A DNA stretch of 64,000 nt, from assembly GCA_052279835.1 (NCBI GenBank), contig CP181291.1, positions 4,000,001 to 4,064,000 on the forward strand, in the 5' to 3' direction. Position 1 is the stretch's first letter; every line of letters begins with the position of its first letter. Origin of the DNA: Microcoleus sp. (GTDB lineage: Bacteria > Cyanobacteriota > Cyanobacteriia > Cyanobacteriales > Microcoleaceae). The notes beneath the pieces are model-generated. The model was not told where the DNA came from. It did no database searches and was given only the letters and a program-made list of their open reading frames with translations. Positions 23,013 through 33,335 of this stretch are shown one piece after another. A program made the position numbers and the translations under genes.

Positions 23013-24347
23013 TTAGATTGGTGACATCCGAGCATTTTGTAGTGGTAAAACATTGTTGATCGCAAATTTATCATCTCCCGAACATTGGCTAGGCATACTA
23101 CTCAGGTTATGCCTAGCCTTATTAGTTGGCGGAATTATTGGGTGGGAACTTGAAATACTCACCCCCGCTAAAGCAGCGGTGATTCTTGACGCTTCATCGG
23201 GTCTTGCTACCGAGGTAGTCTCACAGTCCCTCTGCGCCCGTTTAAAGTCGTGGCGATTTCCCATCCCGACTTGAGCTATATTCCTAGCTGCATTTTCATC
23301 TCTATCTTGCTCGGTGCCGCAACTTAAGCAAAGTACCGAGCGGATAGATAAATCGATTTTACCCCACTTAAACCCACAGTCTGAACATATCTGGCTAGTA
23401 GGTTCCCATCGGCTGATGACCTTAAACTCTCTGCCAAACTTCTCTGATTTAGCCTCGCAAAGCGTTCGGAATTCGTACCATCCTTGCTGGCTAATAGCCC
23501 TCGAAAGTTTCCGATTCTTGACCAGGCCGGAAACGTTTAAATCTTCCAAAACAATCACTTGGTTTTCGTTGATTACTTTGGTTGACAGTTTGTGCAGAAA
23601 GTCTTTTCGGCTGTCACCAATCTGATTGTGCAACTTGGCAATTCTCATGCGAGTCACATTCCGTCTTTTGGAATCTTTTGGTTGACGAGCCAACTTGCGT
23701 TGTAATTTACAAACTTTCCGGTCTAGCTTTTTATAGCTAGGACTTTCGGCTTTTTCGCCATTGCTCATCACCGCAAAGGTTTTAATCCCTAAGTCGATAC
23801 CGATGCTGGGGTTTTTAGCTTCAGTCTGAATTGGTTGAATCTCTACAACAAAGCTCAGGAAATAGCGGTTTGCACAGTCCTTAATTACCGTGACCGAACT
23901 AGGTTCAGATGGTAGCTTTCTCGACCTGATGGGATTGACAATTCCAATCTTGGCTAAATAAACTCCATCACCTTTGATTGAAAATCCGCCAACCCGAAAA
24001 CGTGCCGACTGGCTGTTGGTTCTTTTTTTGAACTTAGGATATCCGACCTTAGACCCCTTTCTCTTTCCTTTGCATGAGTTGAAAAAGTTCTTAAAAGCAA
24101 CATCTAAATCGGCAACTGATTGTTGTAGTGGGATGCACGACACATCCCCTAGCCAAGCCCTTTCTTCAGTATTCTTGGCTTGGGTAATGACGATTTTTTG
24201 CAAATCTGCCGAACTTGGTTTCTTGTCAGACTGTTTGCACAGGGCAAGAGCATCGTTCCAGACTACGCGCACACAGCCGAACATTTGAGCTAGGCTATGC
24301 TGCTGTTGGCTGCTTGGGTAAAATCTGTAGCGATATCTTGCTTTCAT
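23013..24347 (-). CDS. tnpB: RNA-guided endonuclease TnpB (reads through the IS right end into host DNA)
   Basis: MKARYRYRFYP, GIDLG, VLEDL, CSDCG/CLSCG zinc finger, DRDENAA; RuvC D-E-D intact. Confidence 0.93.
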   Translation of the reverse strand: MKARYRYRFYPSSQQQHSLAQMFGCVRVVWNDALALCKQSDKKPSSADLQKIVITQAKNTEERAWLGDVSCIPLQQSVADLDVAFKNFFNSCKGKRKGSKVGYPKFKKRTNSQSARFRVGGFSIKGDGVYLAKIGIVNPIRSRKLPSEPSSVTVIKDCANRYFLSFVVEIQPIQTEAKNPSIGIDLGIKTFAVMSNGEKAESPSYKKLDRKVCKLQRKLARQPKDSKRRNVTRMRIAKLHNQIGDSRKDFLHKLSTKVINENQVIVLEDLNVSGLVKNRKLSRAISQQGWYEFRTLCEAKSEKFGREFKVISRWEPTSQICSDCGFKWGKIDLSIRSVLCLSCGTEQDRDENAARNIAQVGMGNRHDFKRAQRDCETTSVARPDEASRITAALAGVSISSSHPIIPPTNKARHNLSSMPSQCSGDDKFAINNVLPLQNARMSPI

Positions 24348-24812
24348 TGCTTGTGCTAGAATTGGTCTGCAACTAAATAATATCAAAGAATATATTAGAA
24401 ATCAAGAAAAGCCGTCAAGCGAAGGACGGGGCTTGTATCCCATTTTTTTGGTCAACTCCGACACAAACCAGCAGGTTTGAGAACACATATGTTAGTCAGT
24501 ATGGGTTCTGTACTGTTTGTTTTAATCCCCTTAGCACTTGGTAAAAATGAAAATGTACGAGATGCTATAGAGCGTGTAATTCAAGGTATTGCCGCCGGGG
24601 TTGGCTTTTTGGGAGGGGGAGAAATCCTGCGACAATCTAAACAGGAAATAGGCGAAGTAGAAGTTCACGGACTCACCTCTGCGGCAGCTATTTGGGTGTC
24701 CGCAGCTTTGGGGACTGCGGCAGGCTGTGGCTTGTGGGAACTTGCCTTAATAGGCGCTTTACTATCCCTGTTTGTTTTGAGGGTTATTAAAAAACTAGAA
24801 CGCCACAAATAG
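23053..24812 (+). pseudogene. MgtC/SapB family membrane protein split by an IS insertion
   Basis: Joining 23149 to 24451 restores GWERQLRHKPAGLRTHMLVS in frame. Confidence 0.92.
23150..24450 (-). mobile_element. IS200/IS605 family (IS1341-like, tnpB only), 1301 bp
   Basis: On - strand: target TTGAC|CAAAAAAATGGGATACAAG-hairpin left end; right end GAAT-hairpin-TTCAA; no target duplication. Confidence 0.93.
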
Positions 24813-24860
24813 CTATCAGACATATCTCAAAAAAAAACAGGTTTTTCCGTCCCAAGCTGT

Positions 24861-25154
24861 CTATTGGTTGTGAAAAAAACTGCATATCATTTGACCAGAA
24901 TCTTTTTGACCAAACGGCACAAGTTTACCATCTTTTTTAACAGTGCTGCGACTACGACAGTTGTAAATTTCCCTAGGCTTTTTCACTCCATCAATACTCA
25001 AAATAGCCCTGTATTCCCAATAGTTTTTGGCGCTGCGTTTGAGATCGATAATACAAATCTGCTGTCCGTCGTAATTGCGACATACAGATGCCTTAGCCGG
25101 CAGCGCTACCCAGAAAAATAATATTAATAAAAGGACAAAGGCAATACATTTCAC
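24861..25154 (-). CDS. Small secreted hypothetical protein
   Basis: Signal peptide (PAKA), KRSAKNYWEYR, 4 Cys in the mature part. Confidence 0.7.
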   Translation of the reverse strand: MKCIAFVLLLILFFWVALPAKASVCRNYDGQQICIIDLKRSAKNYWEYRAILSIDGVKKPREIYNCRSRSTVKKDGKLVPFGQKDSGQMICSFFHNQ

Positions 25155-25183
25155 GATTTAGTCTCTATGCTAGGGCATCACCT

Positions 25184-25696
25184 CTATCCTACAACATCGT
25201 AGGATAACTGTACGAGACCGGAACTGTAGGTTTGACATCCAGTTAGCTGCAAATCTGTAGCAGTTGTGGGAGCGGCAAATAAAGGAATACCTTGGCCCAA
25301 AATAATCGGATGCACAGAAAGAATCAGTTCGTTTATCAATTTTTTTTCCAGACAATCGCGAATCAGTAGAGAGCCTCCAACTAACCAAATATTTTTGCCA
25401 TCAAGCCGCCGCAACTCCTTGACAAGAGTCTCTACATCTGCTACGGGAATGACATCATGTTCTGCTTGAAGATTTATATTTTTAGTTAAAACATAACTCT
25501 TTTTTTCCTGGTACGGATACTCGCCAAAAGTTAAAACTTGCTCGTAAGTTTTTCGCCCCATGAGAATTGTATCGATGCTATTTAAAAAATCAGTATAACC
25601 ATAGTTTTGGTCAGTAAACAGCCAGTCAATCTCGCCCTGGGGTCTGGCGATATAACCGTCTAAACTAGATGCAATAAATAGTATAATTTTACGCAT
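25184..25696 (-). CDS. Dihydrofolate reductase family protein (RibD C-terminal-like)
   Basis: ASSLDGYIA, MGRKTYE, WLVGG, PIILGQGIPLF. Confidence 0.9.
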   Translation of the reverse strand: MRKIILFIASSLDGYIARPQGEIDWLFTDQNYGYTDFLNSIDTILMGRKTYEQVLTFGEYPYQEKKSYVLTKNINLQAEHDVIPVADVETLVKELRRLDGKNIWLVGGSLLIRDCLEKKLINELILSVHPIILGQGIPLFAAPTTATDLQLTGCQTYSSGLVQLSYDVVG

Positions 25697-26032
25697 GACT
25701 CTACTTAATTTTTTTAAATTGGTGGTGGGAGAGCGATTGACTAGAGGTAGTTATAAATATTTTACCAATTTTCTGATGATTTTCGCGCCCTGCCACCATT
25801 CCTGATTCAGGCAAAATTTTCAATTGGTCTAAATCGGCTTGTTATTGAAGCATTAATGAAGTAAAATAGAAAAGGTGGTTTTGTGTTAGCCCATACCATA
25901 ACCTCAAGGTCATTAACAAAATATTGGACATAAACTACAAGGTAAGTTAATATAAAGATTAAGACCTTATTAATTTAAATCGAAATTACTTACAGTCCGG
26001 TAGTGGGCGTTGAGAAAGGAAGCTAATTGTTT

Positions 26033-26240
26033 GTAAGCAACCCCGGTCTCGCATACGCGGGGCTTCAGCAAACCTCAAGGACTGATTCAAGGAATCAGCC
26101 AAAAATATTGTCAGCAAATTCATCAAAAGGATGGTTATGGATATGGATTTTAAGAATATTCACGGGACACTAAAGTATCCCGTGTCGCTTTTCCTCCCTA
26201 GGCTGAAGCCACTGGGTTTCCAAGCTCCCGCGAGGTAATT
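26033..26240 (+). mobile_element. Internally deleted IscB-type IS200/IS605 element (both ends plus the last ~28 iscB codons)
   Basis: End hairpins ccccggtctcgcatacgcgggg and ccctaggctgaagccactggg; 26070-26153 encodes KPQGLIQGISQKYCQQIHQKDGYGYGF*. Confidence 0.82.
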
Positions 26241-27122
26241 ATGAAAAAAATTAACCGTGTTGCAGTTATTGGAGGAACCCACGGCAACGAACTCACAGGA
26301 ATTTATCTAGTGAATAAATTTGAGCGATCGCCGAATTTAATAGCACGCTCGAATTTTAAAACTGTTGCCATGCTAGCCAATCCCAAAGCGTGCAAAATTG
26401 GCAAACGTTACATCGATATCGACCTCAATCGTTGTTTTTTACGACAGGATTTAGAAAATTATCATCTCTCGACTTACGAAGCACTACGAGCCAAAGAAAT
26501 CTACCAAATGTTTGGCTCCAACAATACGGATAATCCCGATTTAATTATCGATTTGCACAATACCACCGCCAACATGGGTATCACATTTATTCTGGATAGC
26601 CAGCATCCCTTTAATCTGGAGTTAACTGCTCATTTAACATCTGTCTATCCCAATATTAAGGTACTGGTTTCGGGCAAGCACAATCAAGATAGCTCTGTGT
26701 TGCGATCGATTTCCCCGTTAGGATTTACCCTGGAAGTTGGTCCGGTGGCTCAAGGGATATTGGATGCCTGTTTATTTCAGCAAACTGAGGAAATTATCGG
26801 CACAATTTTAGACTATGTAGAAGCATATAATCAGGGTAACATTTCTACCGCCAAAAAACCCCTGACCCTTTATCAAAAAATTCAGACTATCGACTATCCC
26901 AGAAATGAGTTGGGAGAAATTCAGGCAATGATTCATCCTCGACTGCAATTCACCGATTATCAACCGCTGCATCCAGGCGAGCCGATGTTTTTGACCTTTG
27001 AGGGCGAGGAGATTTTATACGAAGGTAAATCGACGGTATATCCAGTATTTATTAACGAAGCTGCTTACTATGAAAAAGGGATTGCGATGTATTTAACTCA
27101 AAAGCAAATGGTTGGTTATTAG
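26241..27122 (+). CDS. Aspartoacylase
   Basis: GGTHGNE, DLNR, DLHNTT, PVFINEAAYYEK. Confidence 0.92.
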   Translation: MKKINRVAVIGGTHGNELTGIYLVNKFERSPNLIARSNFKTVAMLANPKACKIGKRYIDIDLNRCFLRQDLENYHLSTYEALRAKEIYQMFGSNNTDNPDLIIDLHNTTANMGITFILDSQHPFNLELTAHLTSVYPNIKVLVSGKHNQDSSVLRSISPLGFTLEVGPVAQGILDACLFQQTEEIIGTILDYVEAYNQGNISTAKKPLTLYQKIQTIDYPRNELGEIQAMIHPRLQFTDYQPLHPGEPMFLTFEGEEILYEGKSTVYPVFINEAAYYEKGIAMYLTQKQMVGY

Positions 27123-27861
27123 TTATTTGTTATGAGTTATGGGTGATTGCTCATCGGTCATTTCTTGAGAAGCATTGGGGGATAAAAATTCTTCTTTAGA
27201 CTCAGGAAATGATGAGCGAGATTGTTTCCATACTTCCAGACTCATAATGCAGGCTATCAGCCACACCAAACCAGCCGTATACCCCGCAATAATATCTGTG
27301 GGCCAGTGAACTCCTAGATAAAGCCGACTCAAGCCAATAACAGAAACTAATAAAATTGTTAAAATGTAAATCCACCAGCGCTGTTTGGGAAAGCGGGAGC
27401 CCAAAAAATATCCTAGCAAACCATAAATAACCATTGACACCATCGCGTGTCCCGCTAGGAAAACTGTAAAATCTCACGTCAACGGCGCGTTCCCAAAGTT
27501 GAGGCCGAGCGCGAGCAAAAACTTTTTTTAACAGTAGGTTTAAACCCACCGCACCCGCACCCGCCAGCGCAATAGTTGTGGCTTCCGAGCGATGTTGCTG
27601 AGCCCACAAAATAATCACCAAACTCACACACAGCGCTAGTAACAAATTCGGCTCTCCCAAAAATGTAAAGCCGATCATTATTTGATCGCGCAGTGGAGTG
27701 TGCAATTCCCTCAGACTTAGTAAGATAGAGGTATCGAAAGCGTAAGTTTCTTTTTCCAGAACTTCCTTGGCGAGGGTGGCAAATCCCCACAGCGCCAAAC
27801 CAGCGATAGCAAGTCCGGCCAACCGAATGATTGAAATGAGCGATCGAATTTTAGAGCGCAT
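27123..27861 (-). pseudogene. PAP2-family phosphatase with a +1 frameshift at 27451-27453 (pseudogene or sequencing error)
   Basis: KxxxxRxRP and SFPSG in one frame, SRLYLGVHWPTD in another; removing one G from AGCGGGACAC restores SFPSGHAMVS. Confidence 0.85.
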
Positions 27862-28013
27862 TCATTTAACTAATTAAAAATGACTAATCCCCGACCGACA
27901 ATAATACCCGATCGACCGTCTATATTACAGTCTATATTCCCAATTCACTATATTTTGAAGCATTAATTGATTTTTTGGGACTACCCACCTCAGCTTTTAG
28001 CAGCCATCGACCA

Positions 28014-29093
28014 ATGACTTTACTCTCAAACAAACAGATTTCGGCAATTTTCCTGGCTTTGGGGTTGACAACTATCTCTAGCTGTGGTAAGCAAAACCCA
28101 GTCAATACATCCCTAGTCACAGCCAACAGCATAGCCCAAAATCTAGTCTCCACCGCAGTGGCCCAAAAGCCCAACATCCCACAATTTGGTCAACCCATCG
28201 ACTGTACCCTGGGCAAAGATTGCTTTATTTTGCAGTATTTCGATCGCGATCCTAGCCCAGCCGCCGTTGATTTTGGATGCGGACGCCAAACCTACAACGG
28301 CCACGATGGTACGGACTTCGGCATTCCCGACGCCAAAGCAATGGCAAAAGGAGTCCCAGTTATCGCCTCCGCCACCGGTAAAGTTTTGAGGGTGCGAGAC
28401 GGTGTGGTAGATAAACGTTTAGCGAACGATACAGACAAAACCAACGTTGCAGGTACTGAATGTGGCAACGGCATGGTAATCGATCACGGTGGCGGTTGGG
28501 AAGCCCAATATTGCCATCTCCGCCAAGGTAGTGTCGCCGTCAAACCAGGGGCACAAGTTGCCAAAGGCGCTGTGCTGGGGATGGTGGGAAACTCTGGGAT
28601 GGCGTCTTTTCCCCACGTACACATCACTTTTCGCTATCAAGGTAAAGCTGTAGATCCGTTTGTGGGTCCCGATGCTAAATTGGGCTGCAATATTGCCAGA
28701 AATCCAATTTGGGATCGGCCTTTGGAGTATACTCCTACAGGTTTAATTCGCGCCGGTTTTGCGGGCAAACCACCAGACCAGAACGCTCTTTGGCAAGGAC
28801 AATTTTCTGAAACTAAACTACCTCTAAATAGCTCTGCTTTGTTATTTTGGGTGCATAGTTATGGAGTCCTAAAAGGCGATCGCGAACAATACCAATTATT
28901 TGCTCCCAATGGCCAAACCATTGTCAACACCACCAACGAAATCAAAGCCCCCAGTCGCACTTGGTTGGGTTTTGTCGGCAAAAGAAACACTCCCACTTCT
29001 CCTCTGACTCCCGGAGTTTGGCGGGCGGAATATCGCTTAATGCGGGGCGATCGAGTTTTGGCGCAAGTGAAGCGAGAAGTCGAATTGCGTTAA
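28014..29093 (+). CDS. M23 family metallopeptidase lipoprotein
   Basis: ISSC lipobox-like motif, HDGTD, YCHL, PHVH. Confidence 0.9.
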   Translation: MTLLSNKQISAIFLALGLTTISSCGKQNPVNTSLVTANSIAQNLVSTAVAQKPNIPQFGQPIDCTLGKDCFILQYFDRDPSPAAVDFGCGRQTYNGHDGTDFGIPDAKAMAKGVPVIASATGKVLRVRDGVVDKRLANDTDKTNVAGTECGNGMVIDHGGGWEAQYCHLRQGSVAVKPGAQVAKGAVLGMVGNSGMASFPHVHITFRYQGKAVDPFVGPDAKLGCNIARNPIWDRPLEYTPTGLIRAGFAGKPPDQNALWQGQFSETKLPLNSSALLFWVHSYGVLKGDREQYQLFAPNGQTIVNTTNEIKAPSRTWLGFVGKRNTPTSPLTPGVWRAEYRLMRGDRVLAQVKREVELR

Positions 29094-29118
29094 CTTGAAT
29101 TAGGTGGATTTATCTGGT

Positions 29119-29352
29119 TTAAGACAAACTTTCCCAAGCTTGAGCCACAATATCGCTCAGCCATAGCCTTTGAGACAAATCGAGGAGATTGTCGTCCGCC
29201 AGCACCTCAGCCTTTAACTCATCGAGAGACTGAGAGCGCGATCGAGCTATGTTTACTACGCCCGCGATCGCCGTTGCCACTAATTCTTCATTCAGCGGCT
29301 GCTGTCGCAAAGCAATCATTTCTTGAGGATTCGTAGGAATGGGATAATTCAT
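29119..29352 (-). CDS. Small conserved hypothetical protein
   Basis: MNYPIP...ATAIAGVV...QAWESL. Confidence 0.7.
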   Translation of the reverse strand: MNYPIPTNPQEMIALRQQPLNEELVATAIAGVVNIARSRSQSLDELKAEVLADDNLLDLSQRLWLSDIVAQAWESLS

Positions 29353-29532
29353 GAGATTGCATACCGAAGGGAGTAATTGATTCGATGCCGAGACCACACC
29401 GAGAGCGATCGAAAACCTAAAAATCTGAGAACATTGTAAACTTATTTAAAATCAAATTAAGTATTCGGGAGTATAGCGCACTTTGCTCCCTTGTCAACTC
29501 CCCCAGCTTTATGAATTTATAGAGATCGGAAA

Positions 29533-31689
29533 ATGCAAGAAATTCTTTATCTAGAAGTCCCGACACCGGATACGGCGGCCGTATGCACTTGGTTGCAACA
29601 GGAATTCGATCCCGGCATCGGACAAAAAGTGATTACTCCTGACGGTTTTCGACTGCTTTGGACCCCAACAGCCACCACGGCTAAAGACTCCTTCCCCCAA
29701 ATTGCCAATCCAAAATCCACCGTTGCCACCACCAAAACACTCAGCCAAAATCATCAATCCACAGAACTTTCCACCTTTGTGTGGTCAGTTCAACGTACCA
29801 CTTATTTAAAAGTGTTTCGTTTGGAAGATGCACCCCCTGGGGAAAAAAAATTCCTGGAATCGCTGAATTTGGGCTTGAGAAAAAAGTTTCCTGAGCTATA
29901 CCCAGAACCCCCAGTCATAGACCTCTCCAAACAGTCTATTTTTGAAGCTCTTGCCCCCTATTACCCCCTCACCGTTAAATACTTCCAAAAAATGCCCAAA
30001 GGCGAATACGACCTCCAGCGCGTCTACTGGTGGGAGCAGCGCTGGCGGGAAGGCACTCGCAATCCTCAACAGCCAAAACAAGTAGTGTTTTTGAAGGAAG
30101 AAGGCTCTTCGACTTCGGTCAGGGTAAAAACAGGGGAGAATGGACAAGAGACAATTCCAGTGCAGGATTCTGAGTCTTCTGTTTATGACTTAATTTATAT
30201 CGGCGGGGCCTTGGGAGTGATTCACGCCGCCGTCATGGCTAGATTGGGCTACCGGGTACTGTTGGTGGAACGAATGCCTTTTGGGCGGATGAATCGCGAG
30301 TGGAATATTTCGCGGGACGAAATTCAAAGTTTAATTGACTTGGGTTTATTTACTGCTGCGGAAGTGGAAACCTTGATTTCCAGAGAATATAAGGATGGCT
30401 ATAACAAGTTTTTTGATGCTAACAATCCGACCTTTGCTCAAGCACCAGTTTTACATACTCCCAAGGTACTAAATGTAGCTTTAGATGGCGAAAAGTTGCT
30501 GTATTTAGCAGGAGTTAAATTGACCGAAGCTGGCGGGGAAATCTGGGACGAAACTGAGTTTATCAGAGCCGATGTTGAAGGAGAAAAAGTAGTAGTTCAG
30601 GGCTGCCACTTGCCCACAAAGTCCGATCGCACCGCCGGAGGAAGGCTACTGGTGGATGCGATGGGTTCGGCTTCTCCCATAGCTTGGCAATTGAACGAAG
30701 GGCGGGCTTTTGACAGTGTTTGTCCCACTGTGGGAGCAGCCATCGAGGGAGGATTTGACCAGGCAGTTTGGGATTCCGAATACGGGGATGTGCTCTACAC
30801 TCACGGGGATATTTCCCGCGGCCGCCAGCTCATTTGGGAGTTGTTTCCCGGCGCTGGCGGAGAACTGACTGTTTATCTGTTTCACTACCACCAAGTCAAT
30901 CCACAAAATCCAGGTTCTTTGCTGGAATTGTACGAGGATTTTTTTGCAATTTTGCCTGAGTATCGTCGCTGCGATCTCGATCGATTGGTGTGGAAAAAAC
31001 CGACTTTTGGTTATATTCCTGGGCATTTTAGTACCAACAGTAGCGATCGCGCCGTGGCCTTCGATCGACTAATCTCGATCGGCGATGCAGCTTCCCTGCA
31101 ATCTCCCCTCGTTTTCACTGGTTTCGGCTCTCTGGTTCGCAATCTTTTCCGATTAACAGACCTATTAGATACAGCTTTAAAACACAATTTATTGAGTGCC
31201 AAGCACTTAAACCAAATTCGTGCTTATCAGAGCAATGTGTCAGTGACTTGGCTGTTTTCTAAAGGGATGATGGTTCCCACGGGTCGCAGTTTGCCACCCC
31301 AAAGAATTAATTCCATTCTCAATACCTTTTTCGGTATTTTAACCGAAGAAGAACTCACCGTAGCCGAAACATTTATTAAAGACCGGACGGATTGGTTAAC
31401 TTTCAATCGTTTGGCCCTGAAAGCTGCTCGAAAAAACCCTTCTCTGCTGCTGTGGATTTTGGATTTTGTGAGTGTCGGGGATATTTGGCGTTGGCTGGGG
31501 AGCTACTTCAACTTCACTTTGCTGGCTGTGGCGAGTTGGCTGTTTGGATGGCTCCCCCAATTCGCCCGCAGGATACAGCCTTGGCTGGAACCACGGTATC
31601 CCGCTGTTTGGTTGTGGCTGTTGGCTACTAGCTACGATCTCACCTACGGTATGGGAAGAGGGAGGAAGCAAGAAGCCAGAAGCCAGTGA
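29533..31689 (+). CDS. cruA: Flavin-dependent lycopene cyclase, CruA-type
   Basis: N-terminal LYLEVPTPD extension, YIGGALG, MNREWNISR, VCPTVG, GDAASLQSPLVFTGFG. Confidence 0.8.
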   Translation: MQEILYLEVPTPDTAAVCTWLQQEFDPGIGQKVITPDGFRLLWTPTATTAKDSFPQIANPKSTVATTKTLSQNHQSTELSTFVWSVQRTTYLKVFRLEDAPPGEKKFLESLNLGLRKKFPELYPEPPVIDLSKQSIFEALAPYYPLTVKYFQKMPKGEYDLQRVYWWEQRWREGTRNPQQPKQVVFLKEEGSSTSVRVKTGENGQETIPVQDSESSVYDLIYIGGALGVIHAAVMARLGYRVLLVERMPFGRMNREWNISRDEIQSLIDLGLFTAAEVETLISREYKDGYNKFFDANNPTFAQAPVLHTPKVLNVALDGEKLLYLAGVKLTEAGGEIWDETEFIRADVEGEKVVVQGCHLPTKSDRTAGGRLLVDAMGSASPIAWQLNEGRAFDSVCPTVGAAIEGGFDQAVWDSEYGDVLYTHGDISRGRQLIWELFPGAGGELTVYLFHYHQVNPQNPGSLLELYEDFFAILPEYRRCDLDRLVWKKPTFGYIPGHFSTNSSDRAVAFDRLISIGDAASLQSPLVFTGFGSLVRNLFRLTDLLDTALKHNLLSAKHLNQIRAYQSNVSVTWLFSKGMMVPTGRSLPPQRINSILNTFFGILTEEELTVAETFIKDRTDWLTFNRLALKAARKNPSLLLWILDFVSVGDIWRWLGSYFNFTLLAVASWLFGWLPQFARRIQPWLEPRYPAVWLWLLATSYDLTYGMGRGRKQEARSQ

Positions 31690-31744
31690 GAGTCATAACT
31701 TTTCCAAGCAGTCGGGACTCTAGGGATTCTCTGTTTTTAGTAAA

Positions 31745-33082
31745 CTATCGAAAACTGGGTAATTCAATGTCAGCCAGCGATCGACGCTTTTTAGCAGGGC
31801 TCCGCGGACTGGTAATCGAAGTCAACCAGTGGGGTTCTGCAACAGCTATAGGTTGGGGTGCGCTCGATCGCACTTCTTGAATGCCAAAGGTTTCCACAGA
31901 GTTCAAAATTTTAGCAGCCCGCACCAATTCCGGGCTGCTATATTTGGCAGTACCATTTTCTGTTTCCGGTTGAGCAACCGACTTTGGAGCCTCGACAATG
32001 CTTGGGCTGGACTCTGTTGCTGCATCTGGTTGCGAGAAGTTTTCGTTCTCGTGTAACTCAATGCCGGATGCGGAGGCTAATGTGTTGGATTCCTGACTTA
32101 CCGTAGATTCCGGGCCGATGGGCGCTTCAGAAGTCCCTACCTCTGGCTGGGCTTCCCATGGATCGGACCAAGGTTGAACAGGGGAAGTGTTAAATATGGG
32201 TGGCACCGGGACGTTTTGGTTTTTGACGGCGGCGAGTAAGGATTCCAATTGGGCGCTAGCTGTATCCTGTGGATTTTCCACCGGCTCGGTAGGGGCGATC
32301 GACTTAGGGTGCGGCATCTCCAAACTTTTTTCTAAAGCTGCTTTGAATTGCAGGGTGTGGCGCTGCTGACGGTGCAAGCGCGATCGCAATTCCTTGCAAA
32401 CATTTTCTGTAGTTACTAGCTGGTGAAGTTGTTCGTTGTAGCGCATCACTGTCACAGCAGATTCTCGCTCCACTGTGGCTAGCCTAGTTTGGCTAGTTGC
32501 TAATTGGTTAGTTAAGTTTTCGACTAAAATTTCTTGACTTTGCAAAGTTTGATTAGAAACTTCCAATTTACCAAACAGCCTGGTCAATTGTGCTTGAGTG
32601 TTTTGGAGTTCGGCATTCTGCTTTTCGAGCAAGGCCTCGCGCTCCTGCAACTTTGTTTGGGACTCTTGGAGGGCTGTTTCTAGCTGGGAGATTCGCCCTA
32701 AGAGATCGCGGTTACATTCATGCAGGGCTTGCATCAAGGTGACAGGAGTCGATCCTTTGCCCTTATGTTCGCTATTCGCCAGCAGATTTTTGAGATGATC
32801 GGAAATCGGAGGTATATCAGTCAAGGGAACTTCTGTCTGAGATGGCAAATTTTTGGCTTCAGATGTTGTGGGAATTGCATCTACGCTAATGGCGTTGGGA
32901 AAATCGACTGTTTCCCAGTCTGTTTCTGGCGTGTCTGTAACTACAGCCCCAGGAGGTTTTGGATTGGGGTCGATCGCGTCTAAACCCCACACAGCTAAAG
33001 AATCTAGCTCTAAGGGTTCGGCATCGGATTGGACAGCAGAATGCGGTTGTTGCTGATTGGCTCGAAGATCAGCTTCTGACAT
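31745..33082 (-). CDS. Hypothetical coiled-coil protein
   Basis: LRSRLHRQQRHTLQFKAALEK, C-terminal IELPSF; start taken as MSEAD because the longer ORF start lies in a repeat element. Confidence 0.7.
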   Translation of the reverse strand: MSEADLRANQQQPHSAVQSDAEPLELDSLAVWGLDAIDPNPKPPGAVVTDTPETDWETVDFPNAISVDAIPTTSEAKNLPSQTEVPLTDIPPISDHLKNLLANSEHKGKGSTPVTLMQALHECNRDLLGRISQLETALQESQTKLQEREALLEKQNAELQNTQAQLTRLFGKLEVSNQTLQSQEILVENLTNQLATSQTRLATVERESAVTVMRYNEQLHQLVTTENVCKELRSRLHRQQRHTLQFKAALEKSLEMPHPKSIAPTEPVENPQDTASAQLESLLAAVKNQNVPVPPIFNTSPVQPWSDPWEAQPEVGTSEAPIGPESTVSQESNTLASASGIELHENENFSQPDAATESSPSIVEAPKSVAQPETENGTAKYSSPELVRAAKILNSVETFGIQEVRSSAPQPIAVAEPHWLTSITSPRSPAKKRRSLADIELPSFR

Positions 33083-33194
33083 GGCTTTATCCCAATATTC
33101 ACAGAGTCTCACATCTAGTTTATCAAGGTACGTCGTAGATTCAAGAATCCCCGTACCTTTAAGTGGGGGAGTGTTAACCTTAATAGATTCTCTG

Positions 33195-33316
33195 GGGAGC
33201 ATCCCGATTTTGCATAGGCGAAGCATGACCCCTGTAAATCTCTGGTTATTACTAATAAATTGTCGGCGGTGATGCTATAGCCCATACGAATATATTTGCA
33301 AAACACAGATGCACCC
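33195..33316. repeat. REP/MITE-like hairpin element, copy B
   Basis: Imperfect terminal IR gggagcatc..ttttgca / tgcaaaa..gatgcaccc; flanks match 48944-49067. Confidence 0.8.
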
Positions 33317-33335
33317 GTTGCGATCTGCGATCGCC

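Noticed and set aside
33083..33306. Extended N-terminus of the 31745 ORF and the 63-aa ORF
   Set aside because: The starts fall inside the dispersed hairpin element; MSEAD at 33082 is the more plausible start.
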